NCBI GenBank assembly: GCA_963745835.1 | Contig: CAVUZH010000007.1 | Coordinates: 1 to 54,974, forward strand | Origin: an uncultured delta proteobacterium | Lineage (GTDB): Bacteria; Desulfobacterota; Binatia; UBA9968 | Length of the DNA: 54,974 bases | Reading direction: 5' to 3' | Shown: positions 1-8,568 of the stretch, piece by piece | Layout: the number at the start of each line of letters is the position of its first letter | Position numbering within the stretch: the stretch's first letter is position 1 | The notes under the pieces: generated by a model | What the model was told of the DNA's origin: nothing | Database searches by the model: none | The model's input: only the letters and a program-made list of their open reading frames with translations | Made by a program: the position numbers and the translations under genes

Positions 1-1487
1 AACGCGGCAACCACGATGACTGCAAAAACAAAGTACGCAGACACAATATCTACCAGTCGCTGGATCGGCGCGCGCGTGCGCTGTGCTTCGCTTACCATGC
101 GGACGATCTGAGCGAGCAAAGTTTCGCTGCCGACTCGCTGCGCGTCCAACACGACACTGCCGGTTCCATTCACGGTGCCGCCGGTCACTTTGCTTCCTTT
201 GGATTTTCCCACCGGAATTGGCTCGCCGGTGATCATCGATTCGTCGATTGAAGTCGCGCCGTCAATGACAACGCCGTCAACCGGAACTCTCTCGCCCGGG
301 CGAACTCGCAGGCGATCGCCGACTTTGATTAGGTCCAACAAAACGTCCTCTTCCCTGCCGTCCTGGTGAATCAATCTGGCCGTTTTCGGCGATAGCCCGA
401 GAAGAGCTTTGATCGCACTGTTAGTTTGGCTGCGCGCGCGTAGCTCCAGCACTTGCCCCAGAAGCACCAGGGTCGTAATGACCGCAGCCGCCTCGAAGTA
501 AACCGCAACAGTTCCGCTGTGGCCATAAAATGACTCGGGAAAGATCTCCGGCAAGAGAGTTGCCACGACGCTATACAGATAGGCCGCGCCAACGCCGATG
601 GCGATCAACGTAAACATGTTCAAATTTCTGTTTACGATCGAATGCCAGCCCCGCTCGAAAAACGGCCAGCCGCCCCAGAGCACCACTGGCGTGGCAATGG
701 CGAGTTGAATCCATGTGAGGAGACGCGGCGAAAACGAATGCTGCAACGGTTGGCCCGGAACATATCCGACATCGCCAGGATGAAGAGGGGCAAGGACAGC
801 GCGGCGCTGATCCAGAAGCGCCGGGTCATATCGACTAGTTCAGGATTGGGCGCGTCTTCGAGAGTCGCAGTCCTGGGTTCCAGCGCCATGCCGCAGATCG
901 GGCAAGAACCTGGTTCGTCACGCACAATCTCGGGATGCATCGGGCAGACATATTCGATTCGTGTCGCTGGGGCAGCGATTGTCTCAGGTTCCAGTGCCAT
1001 GCCGCACTTGGGACAGGCGCCGGGCTTGGACGCGCGCACTTCGGGATCCATCGGGCAGATATACACGGCCTCAACCGGTTTCGCTGTCGTAGGAGTTTGC
1101 GCACTGCCGCATGTGTGATCGTTATCAGGCCAGCGTGTCCGCCTTGCTTTGCGTTTAACCACTTTTCAGGATCTTCTGTGAATTTCTGTGCGCAATGATG
1201 GCTGCAAAAATAGTAAGTTTTGCCGTTGTATTCGTGCTTTGCCGCCGCGCTGCTTGGATCCACGGTCATGCCACAAACCGGATCGTCGATCGATTCATTG
1301 TCAGTCGCGGACGGCTCGCGGCGCGGGACATGAGCCAGCGTAGCGGGTTTCATGAATCGCTCCGGGTCTTCTTGAATTTTGTCAAACAGTGCTGGCTGCA
1401 AAAATGATATGTCTGTCCGTCGTACTCGTGCTTTCCAGCAGCGTTTTCTGGATTCACGGTCATGCCACAAACCGGGTCGGTGGCCAT
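1..1487 (-). CDS. copA: Heavy-metal (Cu+/Ag+) translocating P1B-type ATPase, 5' part. Runs off the window's left edge; frameshifted near 1375, 1120 and 760.
   Basis: Manual translation from the ATG at 1487 (RBS GGAG): two YHS domains (DPVCGMTV...YHFCS/YYFCS), two YxCPM(H/D)P...CPxCGMALEP metal-binding domains, then [28 protein letters not shown] and the actuator motif DESMITGEP. Confidence 0.93.
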
Positions 1488-1517
1488 AGATTCTCCTTTC
1501 TCGTTCTATCCATCAGT

Positions 1518-1549
1518 CAAGCTGACGCACCACCAACTAAGCAATTACA
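1518..1549 (-). promoter_or_regulatory. Putative ECF (CorE-like) sigma promoter TGTAAT-N14-TGCGTCAGCTTG upstream of copA
   Basis: Same boxes and same spacing as the element at 6111-6142. It ends 30 nt upstream of the copA ATG. CGTC is a typical ECF -10 core. Confidence 0.7.
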
Positions 1550-1617
1550 GTGGAGATCCTGCTTAGCTACATTGTATTGCGCGCGTTGTCACCTAGAACC
1601 TCCAGTTAGGGCATGGA

Positions 1618-2055
1618 CTACTGGATCTTTTTCATTCCTCGCCCCATCCGCTCGGACATCTGCTTCATCATGCCCGACATATCGCCCATCATCTTCGACA
1701 TCTCCGACATCTGTTCCGGCGTCATCTTGCCGCTTTCCATCATGTGCCCCATGTCACCCATCATATCGGACATATCGCCCATGGTGTCTCCCATGCCTTT
1801 CATCTCTTCGCTCTTCATCATCCCCTTGCCTTGCATCATCCCACCCATGCCGTTTTTCATCTCCATCATTCTACCGTGCATCTGTTTCATCTGGTTCATA
1901 TCCATGCTGCCGCCCTGCATCCCCTCGCCCTTCATCGGCATGCCTTCCTTGGCCGGCATTCCGCCTTTCATGGGCATGTCCTTTTTTTCCTGCGCTAGCG
2001 CGGGAACAAAACCCAACGCCGCCGATAGACTCGCCGCCATAACAATTTTTTTCAT
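1618..2055 (-). CDS. Secreted methionine-rich protein, putative Cu(I)/Ag(I) sponge
   Basis: RBS GAGGAGG; signal peptide MKKIVMAASLSAALGFVPALA; about 38 Met in about 124 mature residues; copper-gene context. Confidence 0.8.
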   Translation of the reverse strand: MKKIVMAASLSAALGFVPALAQEKKDMPMKGGMPAKEGMPMKGEGMQGGSMDMNQMKQMHGRMMEMKNGMGGMMQGKGMMKSEEMKGMGDTMGDMSDMMGDMGHMMESGKMTPEQMSEMSKMMGDMSGMMKQMSERMGRGMKKIQ

Positions 2056-2093
2056 GACATCCTCCTCTGTTTTGTTAGATTTACGTTGATTTT

Positions 2094-2502
2094 TTATTGA
2101 TCGAGATTCCAAACAAACGTTCTCTGTTTCACTCCGGCAACATCCTTGATGACTAGCTCAATCTGTTCGGATTCCGGCGATATCTTCGGGAAAGAGACTA
2201 TTGCTTCGCGATGATGTCCGCTACCTTTGTTTTTGAGTGCAACGGGGACATAGCTATTGCCGGCATCATCGCGCATGGATGTTTTTGAAATCATACGCGT
2301 CGAGATCGACAGAATGCGTGTCGAGCACCACCCGAAACCGGGGACCCTCGGCACCTTTCGGATTCAGAAGAATCACCTTTGCCGTAACCCCGCCTCCGGC
2401 GACAGCTTGCGAGGGCTGGATGCTGCCTCGCCTGATGTTCCGCCGCTCATCAAGACGAGTCCCAGAGCGATCGTTGTCAAGAAAAGCTTTAAGACTTTTT
2501 AT
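2094..2502 (-). CDS. Secreted hypothetical protein with LDTHSVDL and GSGHHREA motifs (frameshifted; start codon damaged or uncertain)
   Basis: Stitched from a signal-peptide-like frame (FLTTIALGLVLMSGG) and ORFs 2266-2532 and 2094-2354; RBS GGAGG near 2510. Confidence 0.6.
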
Positions 2503-2654
2503 ACTGAGGTCCTCCCGAACCAGAATACTCAAAAAAATATGCCGCGTTAGATGCTAAATCCGGCTCGATCGGTCATCGAAATAATACTGCGCAATGCTTG
2601 TTAACGACCTCAGAATAAAGCTGGCGTACCCGAAACCTAGAGAACATCATCCGA

Positions 2655-4151
2655 TCATGAAGACCCGAACTCATCTAATGACCTGTCCTGCCCGTTGTTT
2701 TTCTTCGACGCAATCGATCGAGAATTGCGAGTAGCTGCGGCCTCGTTGACGTCGATGCCGTCCCGACGCAATTCCTCATCAGTGGCTTTGAGCGCTACAG
2801 TTCCCGGCGGATGTTTGTACCATCCCGGGTCTTCGTCGTAGCTCTTCAAACCATCGCGAACTTTTAAAACTGTGAATAGCCCGCCCATGGAAATGTAGTC
2901 GCCGAAAGGACCCGAGGCTCCCTTCATCGAGATCGTATTACGCGGATAGGGCATCGCCTCGGCCATCTTTCCCATGTCCATGCCGGTATGGCCCATCGTC
3001 ATGTAGGCCGGTAAAAGAGGCCGAAGTTTTTCATCCAGCCCCTCTGGTTTAACTCCAACCATATTGGGAAAATCATGACCCATCTGGTTCATGACATGGT
3101 GCGTCATGTGACAATGAAACGCCCAGTCGCCTGGAGCATCTGAAATGAATTCTATGTTTCGTGTTTGCCCGACAGCGACGAGCACCGTCGATTCCGGCCA
3201 CTGCGCCGATAGTGGAATCTCCTCGCCGTCCGTCGCGGTTACTCGAAAATGGTGTCCGTGAATGTGCATCGGGTGGTGGTCGGTCGCGCCCAGATTGCCT
3301 AAACGAATTCTGACCTTGTCGCCCGTCTTACACACCAGAGGCGATGTCGATGGAAACACTTTGCCGTTGATCGTAAGAACGTTGAAGTCAGTCATTTCCA
3401 GCGTATTCGGACGAGAGGTGCCGGCCGGAATGGCCCATTCACTGATCATCAGCGAGAAGTCGCGATCGACATGATATTCAGGCGACGCATTTCTCGGATG
3501 TATGATGAACATCCCAATCAACCCCATACCCATTTGCGTCATCTCATCATGATGCGAGTGGAACATCTGCGTTCCATACTGCCGCAAGGTGAATTCGTAC
3601 TTCACCGTTTCGCCGGCTTTGATATACGGCTGAGTGAGCCCGCCGACGCCGTCCATGCCATTGGGTAGATTAAACCCGTGCCAGTGTACCGAGGTCGCGA
3701 ACGGCAGACGATTGGTGACGTAAATTCGTACTCGCTCACCCTCGACCGCTTCGATGACAGTGCTATTGACCCGGCCATTGTATCCCCAGCACTTGGCGCG
3801 TAATCCAGAGTCGAAGTAATGATCGACTTCTTCCGCAATCAGATGAAAAACTTTCACTCCGTCGACGATTTTGAAAGGTAGCGCTGCGCCGTCCGGAATG
3901 ACTACGGGTTTGTATCCTTTGCCCGGGAGAACTGGCGCCAGCGGTTTAACATCGACGGGTCCTCCACTATAGCTTTTCTCCCAGTAGGGCCGATCACCTC
4001 CCCGCCGCGGGTTGTATCCCCGGAACGGCTTGTAATCTGCTCCCGAGCCGCCGTGATTGATCGCATGCGCCGAACTTTTCGATAAAGCCACGCCAGCGAT
4101 CGTAGCTGCGCCGAGACCGAGCATTTGACGCCGGGATATTTTGTTACTCAT
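2655..4151 (-). CDS. Tat-exported multicopper oxidase (two cupredoxin domains plus Met-rich C-terminal tail)
   Basis: SRRQML twin-arginine leader; HWHG, FHSH, HPMHIHGH and HCHMTHHVMNQM copper motifs. Confidence 0.93.
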   Translation of the reverse strand: MSNKISRRQMLGLGAATIAGVALSKSSAHAINHGGSGADYKPFRGYNPRRGGDRPYWEKSYSGGPVDVKPLAPVLPGKGYKPVVIPDGAALPFKIVDGVKVFHLIAEEVDHYFDSGLRAKCWGYNGRVNSTVIEAVEGERVRIYVTNRLPFATSVHWHGFNLPNGMDGVGGLTQPYIKAGETVKYEFTLRQYGTQMFHSHHDEMTQMGMGLIGMFIIHPRNASPEYHVDRDFSLMISEWAIPAGTSRPNTLEMTDFNVLTINGKVFPSTSPLVCKTGDKVRIRLGNLGATDHHPMHIHGHHFRVTATDGEEIPLSAQWPESTVLVAVGQTRNIEFISDAPGDWAFHCHMTHHVMNQMGHDFPNMVGVKPEGLDEKLRPLLPAYMTMGHTGMDMGKMAEAMPYPRNTISMKGASGPFGDYISMGGLFTVLKVRDGLKSYDEDPGWYKHPPGTVALKATDEELRRDGIDVNEAAATRNSRSIASKKNNGQDRSLDEFGSS

Positions 4152-4169
4152 CTCCTACTCCTGTAAATA

Positions 4170-5593
4170 CTAATGTCCTTCACCGTCGAGAGTTCCGCTT
4201 TGCCCGCTCGTGGTTCTGGTCGATACTAGTCTCGAGTTAGGTAGCCGGCCGCTCAAGATCTGCTCCACATCAGCGCGGGCCAACCAGTAGTCACGAAGCG
4301 ACTCGATGTACCCAACCGCGATTTGTATTTGCTGCTCGCGCGCGCGCAAAAGCTGAAATGGACCCAGCTGCATGGCGTTGTATTGAAGCTGCGCCTCGTT
4401 GACGATGCGCTCGTGCAGCGGCAACAGAATATCGCGATAGTACAGCGCGCGATCACGTGCCCCGTCTACTCGATCGCGCAGGGTTCGCGCGGTTGCGCGA
4501 ATACGCACTGCCGCGCCATAATATTCTTGCCGGGCTCGACGTAGTTCCACGACACCGCGGCCGACCCGCGCCTGACCTTGATCGAACAAGGGAATCGGAA
4601 ACTCGAGTCTGGGACCGATCTCCCATTCCCCGTCATTGCGCTCTGCCTGAGGACCGGCGCTCACTTCCGGAAGCAAGCTTGTCCATCTGGTCAATCCAAG
4701 CTGTTCGCCTGTGGTTGCAATCCGCTGCCGGGCATTTGCAAGGTCCAGGCTCTGCTCTAGCGCCCGCCGTTCAATATCTTTCATCGGCACTGGCTGCTCC
4801 GGAATCTCAGGCAGACGTCCGTCGCTTTGCCATTGGAGTTGTTCTCCCCACAACCCCATCACTATGTTCAATTCTTCTCGGCTTTGCCGCAGCGCAATCT
4901 CGGCGGATCTAAGAGCCAACTTACCGGCCTCCAACTGTGCGCGTTCCCTTGCAAGGTCGAGGTCCGTAATGTTTCCGGCTTCAGAAAGGCGACGCGCGAT
5001 TTCCAGTGAAGCACCGAGCGCCTGAACAATCGTCTGGCGCAGCTCGAGCATTTGCTGATCCGACTGGTATGTGTAAAAAGCGGCCCGCACACGCCCGGCA
5101 AAATCAAGAACAGAACCAGCTACCCGGGTTTTGACCTCCTCGAATCGTGCAGCCGCAACTCGCTTCCGCAGCGGTATATAAAAGATATCTCAAAAAGTTC
5201 ATAGCAGCGCCGAACTCAAGATCAGGCCGGCCGCCGCCGGAAACCGGGAACATGACCGCGGCAGTCGAAGATCGGATTGCGTAAAAGACCCGCTTGCACC
5301 AGATCCGCTTGTGCGACGCCGAGATCGGAGTAAATCGCTTGCAGGTCGCGATTGTTGAGCAAGGCGATCTGAACAGCATCATCGGCAGTCAACTTGCGTT
5401 TCAGCAAAGAATGCAGTTTCTCTGATGCTTCTTTGTCGAGATCGGTACCATTGTTCCAAGAAATCTGGATCGCGCTCCGTTGTTCGACTGTGGCTTTGAT
5501 ATCATCGAAACCAGCATTGAGCGTCATTGATGTGCAGCCGCTGAAGAATAAAAGACCGACGCTCAACCATCCAATATCTCTCCGCCATCTCAT
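4170..5593 (-). CDS. TolC-family outer-membrane lipoprotein, copper-resistance associated (frameshifts near 5265 and 5195)
   Basis: Lipobox FSGC; ALLNNRDLQA, AGLLRNP and IPLFDQG motifs spread over ORFs 5222-5629, 5104-5382 and 4170-5090. Confidence 0.88.
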
Positions 5594-5625
5594 CAAGCCA
5601 TCTCCCTTTCGGTGTCGCGGTAATC

Positions 5626-6084
5626 TCACTTCACCTTTTCAACCTTGACGATCGTCTTCTTTGAAACGTCGATCGTGAAGCGAACCTGGTCTCCGGATTG
5701 AAGTCCTTCGAGGAGTGAGGCCGGCTCGATCCGATATCCCATCGTCATCGGCTCCATGAAGCCTTTGATTTCGCCGTGTTCGAGCACGAGCTGGTTGGCA
5801 GTTGGAACAGTCGCGATAACCTTCCCCTCTCCAACGACGGTCTTCTGCCCGCTAGCTTCACCCGCCGGATGATGACTTTCGTGATTCTGTTGCTGCTTTG
5901 CCGCAGCAACTGCTAGCGGAATGTCGCTACGACTGTATGCAAGTGTTTTGGAATGCGAATCTTCAGGCGCGATCATCGCCTGGGGATTGGCCGGGTGGTT
6001 CACGCTTAGCGGCTGGAACTCATAGGCCGCGCAAGCTGACAGCGCCAGAAAGACCGTTGCAACCGAAAGAGCTGCTGATTTCAT
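5626..6084 (-). CDS. CusF-like copper-binding lipoprotein
   Basis: Lipobox LSAC, HPANP motif, His-rich linker, C-terminal OB-type domain with LEHGEIKGFMEPMTMGY. Confidence 0.85.
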   Translation of the reverse strand: MKSAALSVATVFLALSACAAYEFQPLSVNHPANPQAMIAPEDSHSKTLAYSRSDIPLAVAAAKQQQNHESHHPAGEASGQKTVVGEGKVIATVPTANQLVLEHGEIKGFMEPMTMGYRIEPASLLEGLQSGDQVRFTIDVSKKTIVKVEKVK

Positions 6085-6110
6085 CTTTTTCTCCTTTGGG
6101 GTTGTATAAC

Positions 6111-6142
6111 CAAGCTGACGCATGCACCGGCGTTTCATTACA
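6111..6142 (-). promoter_or_regulatory. Putative ECF (CorE-like) sigma promoter TGTAAT-N14-TGCGTCAGCTTG upstream of the cusF-like/tolC/MCO genes
   Basis: All 18 box positions match the element at 1518-1549, with the same 14-nt spacer; it ends 26 nt upstream of the ATG at 6084. Confidence 0.7.
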
Positions 6143-6162
6143 CCGCTCACACCAGAAGAACT

Positions 6163-6711
6163 TTACCCAAGCTGTTTCGGGTCGGTGCCGCAATGGCAAT
6201 CGAGGCAACCATGCTTTGCGCATACCCGGCAGTTTTGTTCGAGACGGCGCTTAAGCTGTTGTCGCGCACGATGGACCCGCACGTTGAGATTATTCCGGCT
6301 GATACCGAGGCTTGCTGCCAAAATGTCCGGCGATTCTTCGTCCAGATCGAGCTGTCGAATCAAACCGGCATACTGCGGGGTCATCGTCTTCAGCAGTCCC
6401 TCAATGCAGGCGCAGACAACGCGCTCTTCCTCGTCATCTGCCGGAGAACTGATCTCATGCTCGAGCTCCGCGAGGGCTCGCTCGCGCGCATCCCGGCGGC
6501 GGTAAAGATCGATGATCGTTCGCCGAAGAATCCGGTAGAACCATGCCTTGGCATTCTCCTCGTCGCGAATCTGATCGACCGCCTTCACCGCTTTGAGCAA
6601 GCTTTCCTGAACTGCGTCGGCGGCAAGTTCCGGATCGCCGAGGCGCTTGCGCGCAAACCCGACGAATTCCTTCACGTTTGCGAATAATTGGGTTTCGATA
6701 TCGTTCATCAT
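6163..6711 (-). CDS. corE: CorE-like metal-responsive ECF sigma factor with C-terminal Cys-rich domain
   Basis: Sigma-2 region (AADAVQESLLKA, AWFYRILR) and sigma-4 region (VRVHRARQQLK); CxC (VCAC) in the linker; C-terminal CRVCAKHGCLDCHC; no adjacent anti-sigma gene. Confidence 0.85.
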   Translation of the reverse strand: MMNDIETQLFANVKEFVGFARKRLGDPELAADAVQESLLKAVKAVDQIRDEENAKAWFYRILRRTIIDLYRRRDARERALAELEHEISSPADDEEERVVCACIEGLLKTMTPQYAGLIRQLDLDEESPDILAASLGISRNNLNVRVHRARQQLKRRLEQNCRVCAKHGCLDCHCGTDPKQLG

Positions 6712-7412
6712 TACTTCCGAGGTATAGATGATTGAGCTTTGCCGATCTTTGTAATCACACGCTTTTCCGTATCGATCGTAAATTCGACGGTGTCTCCAGC
6801 TTTCACCGACTTCAGCAACGATGGCGAGCTGACTTTGTAACCCATGGTCATCGCTTCCATGAATCCTTTGATATCTTCGTGTGCCAAAACGATCTCGCCG
6901 TTGTCGGGGAGCACGGCAATCACACTGCCCTGTGCGGTCAACACTTTAGGACCATCTCTGGGTTTCAACGACGCCACATAAGCGGAGACATCGATTAGTT
7001 CCTGCACCGTCATTTTCTCAGCGAAGTTGGTCATCGGTGAGGTACTGTCCGCTTGGCGATATGACTGCGGAACCACCGCATTTGGATTCATGATTGATTC
7101 AGCAAAGAACTCCAGTGGATGCGCAGGGCCCATTTGACTCAATTCGGGCGCGTTTTCGGTGGCAGAGGGAAATTTTTCGCCGCGAACTTTATGGCAGTAG
7201 TAACATTCGAATTTTTCGAAGACCGTCCTGCCCTTAGCTGGATCACCCTTAGGCATGGTGAATCGCCAGCCCTTCGGATGATGAGGATCGGCCGTTTTCG
7301 CTGCTGGTGGGGTCCTGACCGTATGTTTCGAAGCTAAAGACGGAGATGCGAACATCAACAATGAACTACAGATCGCGAGACATAACACTCCTAGTAAACC
7401 GTGGAACGGCAT
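6711..7412 (-). CDS. Secreted c-type cytochrome fused to a C-terminal CusF-like copper-binding domain
   Basis: Signal peptide; GDPAKG..VF...CYYCH heme motif; SPM as likely distal Met; C-terminal AHEDIKGFMEAMTMGY paralogous to the 5626-6084 protein. Confidence 0.82.
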   Translation of the reverse strand: MPFHGLLGVLCLAICSSLLMFASPSLASKHTVRTPPAAKTADPHHPKGWRFTMPKGDPAKGRTVFEKFECYYCHKVRGEKFPSATENAPELSQMGPAHPLEFFAESIMNPNAVVPQSYRQADSTSPMTNFAEKMTVQELIDVSAYVASLKPRDGPKVLTAQGSVIAVLPDNGEIVLAHEDIKGFMEAMTMGYKVSSPSLLKSVKAGDTVEFTIDTEKRVITKIGKAQSSIPRK

Positions 7413-7529
7413 AGATAAACCTCGCTCTGGCCGATGCGCTCCGATCACCATCGCGGGACCGGCCGCGTACGACGTCAACTTGGAAGATGAGAAAACGAGC
7501 GCGGAACGGGATGAAAGTATGCCGTAGTT

Positions 7530-7925
7530 CTAAATGCGCAGAACCGAAAGCGAGAGATATCGAGGAATATTGGGTGAATGAGTAAAACCAGGCGGCCCAT
7601 GGATCAGACTATATGAGCCGCGCTGAGCGAATTGAGAATCAGATTCAGCGACGAGAGTCTCAGGGAGGGGTTGTATTCGATTATCAGGGCTACCAGCGAA
7701 ATTGGCCGTCGGAAGGTAGTCGCCAATAGGCGGACAATGGATCGCACTATTATCGGACTGTTGGTGATCTGAGTTCGAATGATGATCGTGCCCGTGTGCC
7801 GGAACCGAGCGATGATGATCGTCGGATGCAATTGAAATCTGCTTGCAGCTCTCCCACGCCGCAGCTACGCCGGCGAATACGACCAGGAAAGCACAGCTGA
7901 TGAGAAGAAAGCGTTTCATTGCCAA
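7530..7925 (-). CDS. His-rich small secreted or leader-like protein (DUF2946-like architecture)
   Basis: Hydrophobic N-terminus, HHRSVPAHGHDHH tract, HCPP, C-terminal HGPP...LSVLRI; lies upstream of the copper genes. Confidence 0.6.
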   Translation of the reverse strand: MAMKRFLLISCAFLVVFAGVAAAWESCKQISIASDDHHRSVPAHGHDHHSNSDHQQSDNSAIHCPPIGDYLPTANFAGSPDNRIQPLPETLVAESDSQFAQRGSYSLIHGPPGFTHSPNIPRYLSLSVLRI

Positions 7926-8015
7926 CCTTAAAAACCTTGCCTTATGACGGATAGTTTTTCAAGGGAGGCAATTTTTGCGCGCCAGAGTGTCGATTAAGTC
8001 GCCAAGACCGGTTCA

Positions 8016-8465
8016 TCACGGAACTGGAGGCGTTGGCGTGGGCGGCCCGTACTTGCTGTAAGTTTTTTCGATCTGCGCGCGCATTTCCTTCAGACTCTTG
8101 CCTTGGTCCATCATTGTCATCACGTCACGCGTGATGTTTATGCAGATACTTCAAGCAAGGCTCATGCGATCGAAGACCGGATTCGCGGGTGTTGAATTGT
8201 CTTTGAAATAACACGATGCATTGCTGGTGTGGCCATCCGATCCACAACCGCAGTAACAGGGGATATAGCGGAGAGTATCGCGATTGTTGATCGCGAATCG
8301 ATAGGCCTCGCGGACCTCGGCGGGAGCCTTCGCAATATCGGCCGGCAGAACATTCTCAGGAGCTAACTTGTAACGATGTTCCGCGGCTTCGAATCCTCGG
8401 CAGCCGGCAAGCATCATAGCACCCGCTATCGTTAATCCATTGGCAAGAAAATCACGTCTATTCAT
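8016..8465 (-). CDS. PCYCGC-motif Tat lipoprotein, probable selenoprotein (TGA at 8151-8153 read as Sec; 149 aa)
   Basis: MNRRDFL Tat motif, LAGC lipobox, IPCYCGC, H.SNASCY. After ...DRMSLA-TGA the frame continues SICINITRDVMTMMDQGKSLKEMRAQIEKTYSKYGPPTPTPPVP to tandem TGA TGA, matching the family's CxxC...GKS..EIR..I...Y...PTPTP C-terminus. Confidence 0.88.
8118..8136 (-). promoter_or_regulatory. Putative bacterial SECIS hairpin
   Basis: On the mRNA, CAUCACG-CGUGA-CGUGAUG forms a perfect 7-bp stem starting 15 nt after the UGA. The apical loop begins 22 nt downstream and has GU at loop positions 2-3. Confidence 0.65.
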
Positions 8466-8568
8466 ATATTGCTCACTTCCAAATTAATGTCGTGTCTCGA
8501 AATCCATAGATCCAACTCCACGGGGGACAAGGCGCTCGTTCGATCGGATCGAGCAGGAGTCGTTGCAT

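Noticed and set aside
1613-2089. Plus-strand Ile/Pro/Ser-rich and His-rich ORFs (1613-2089, 1744-1998)
   Set aside because: Antisense shadows of the ATG-rich Met protein gene, since CAT repeats read as His or Ile.
8151-8465. 104-aa PCYCGC ORF taken as a complete gene or a nonsense pseudogene
   Set aside because: The family C-terminus continues in frame, the stop coincides with a conserved Cys and a SECIS-like hairpin follows.
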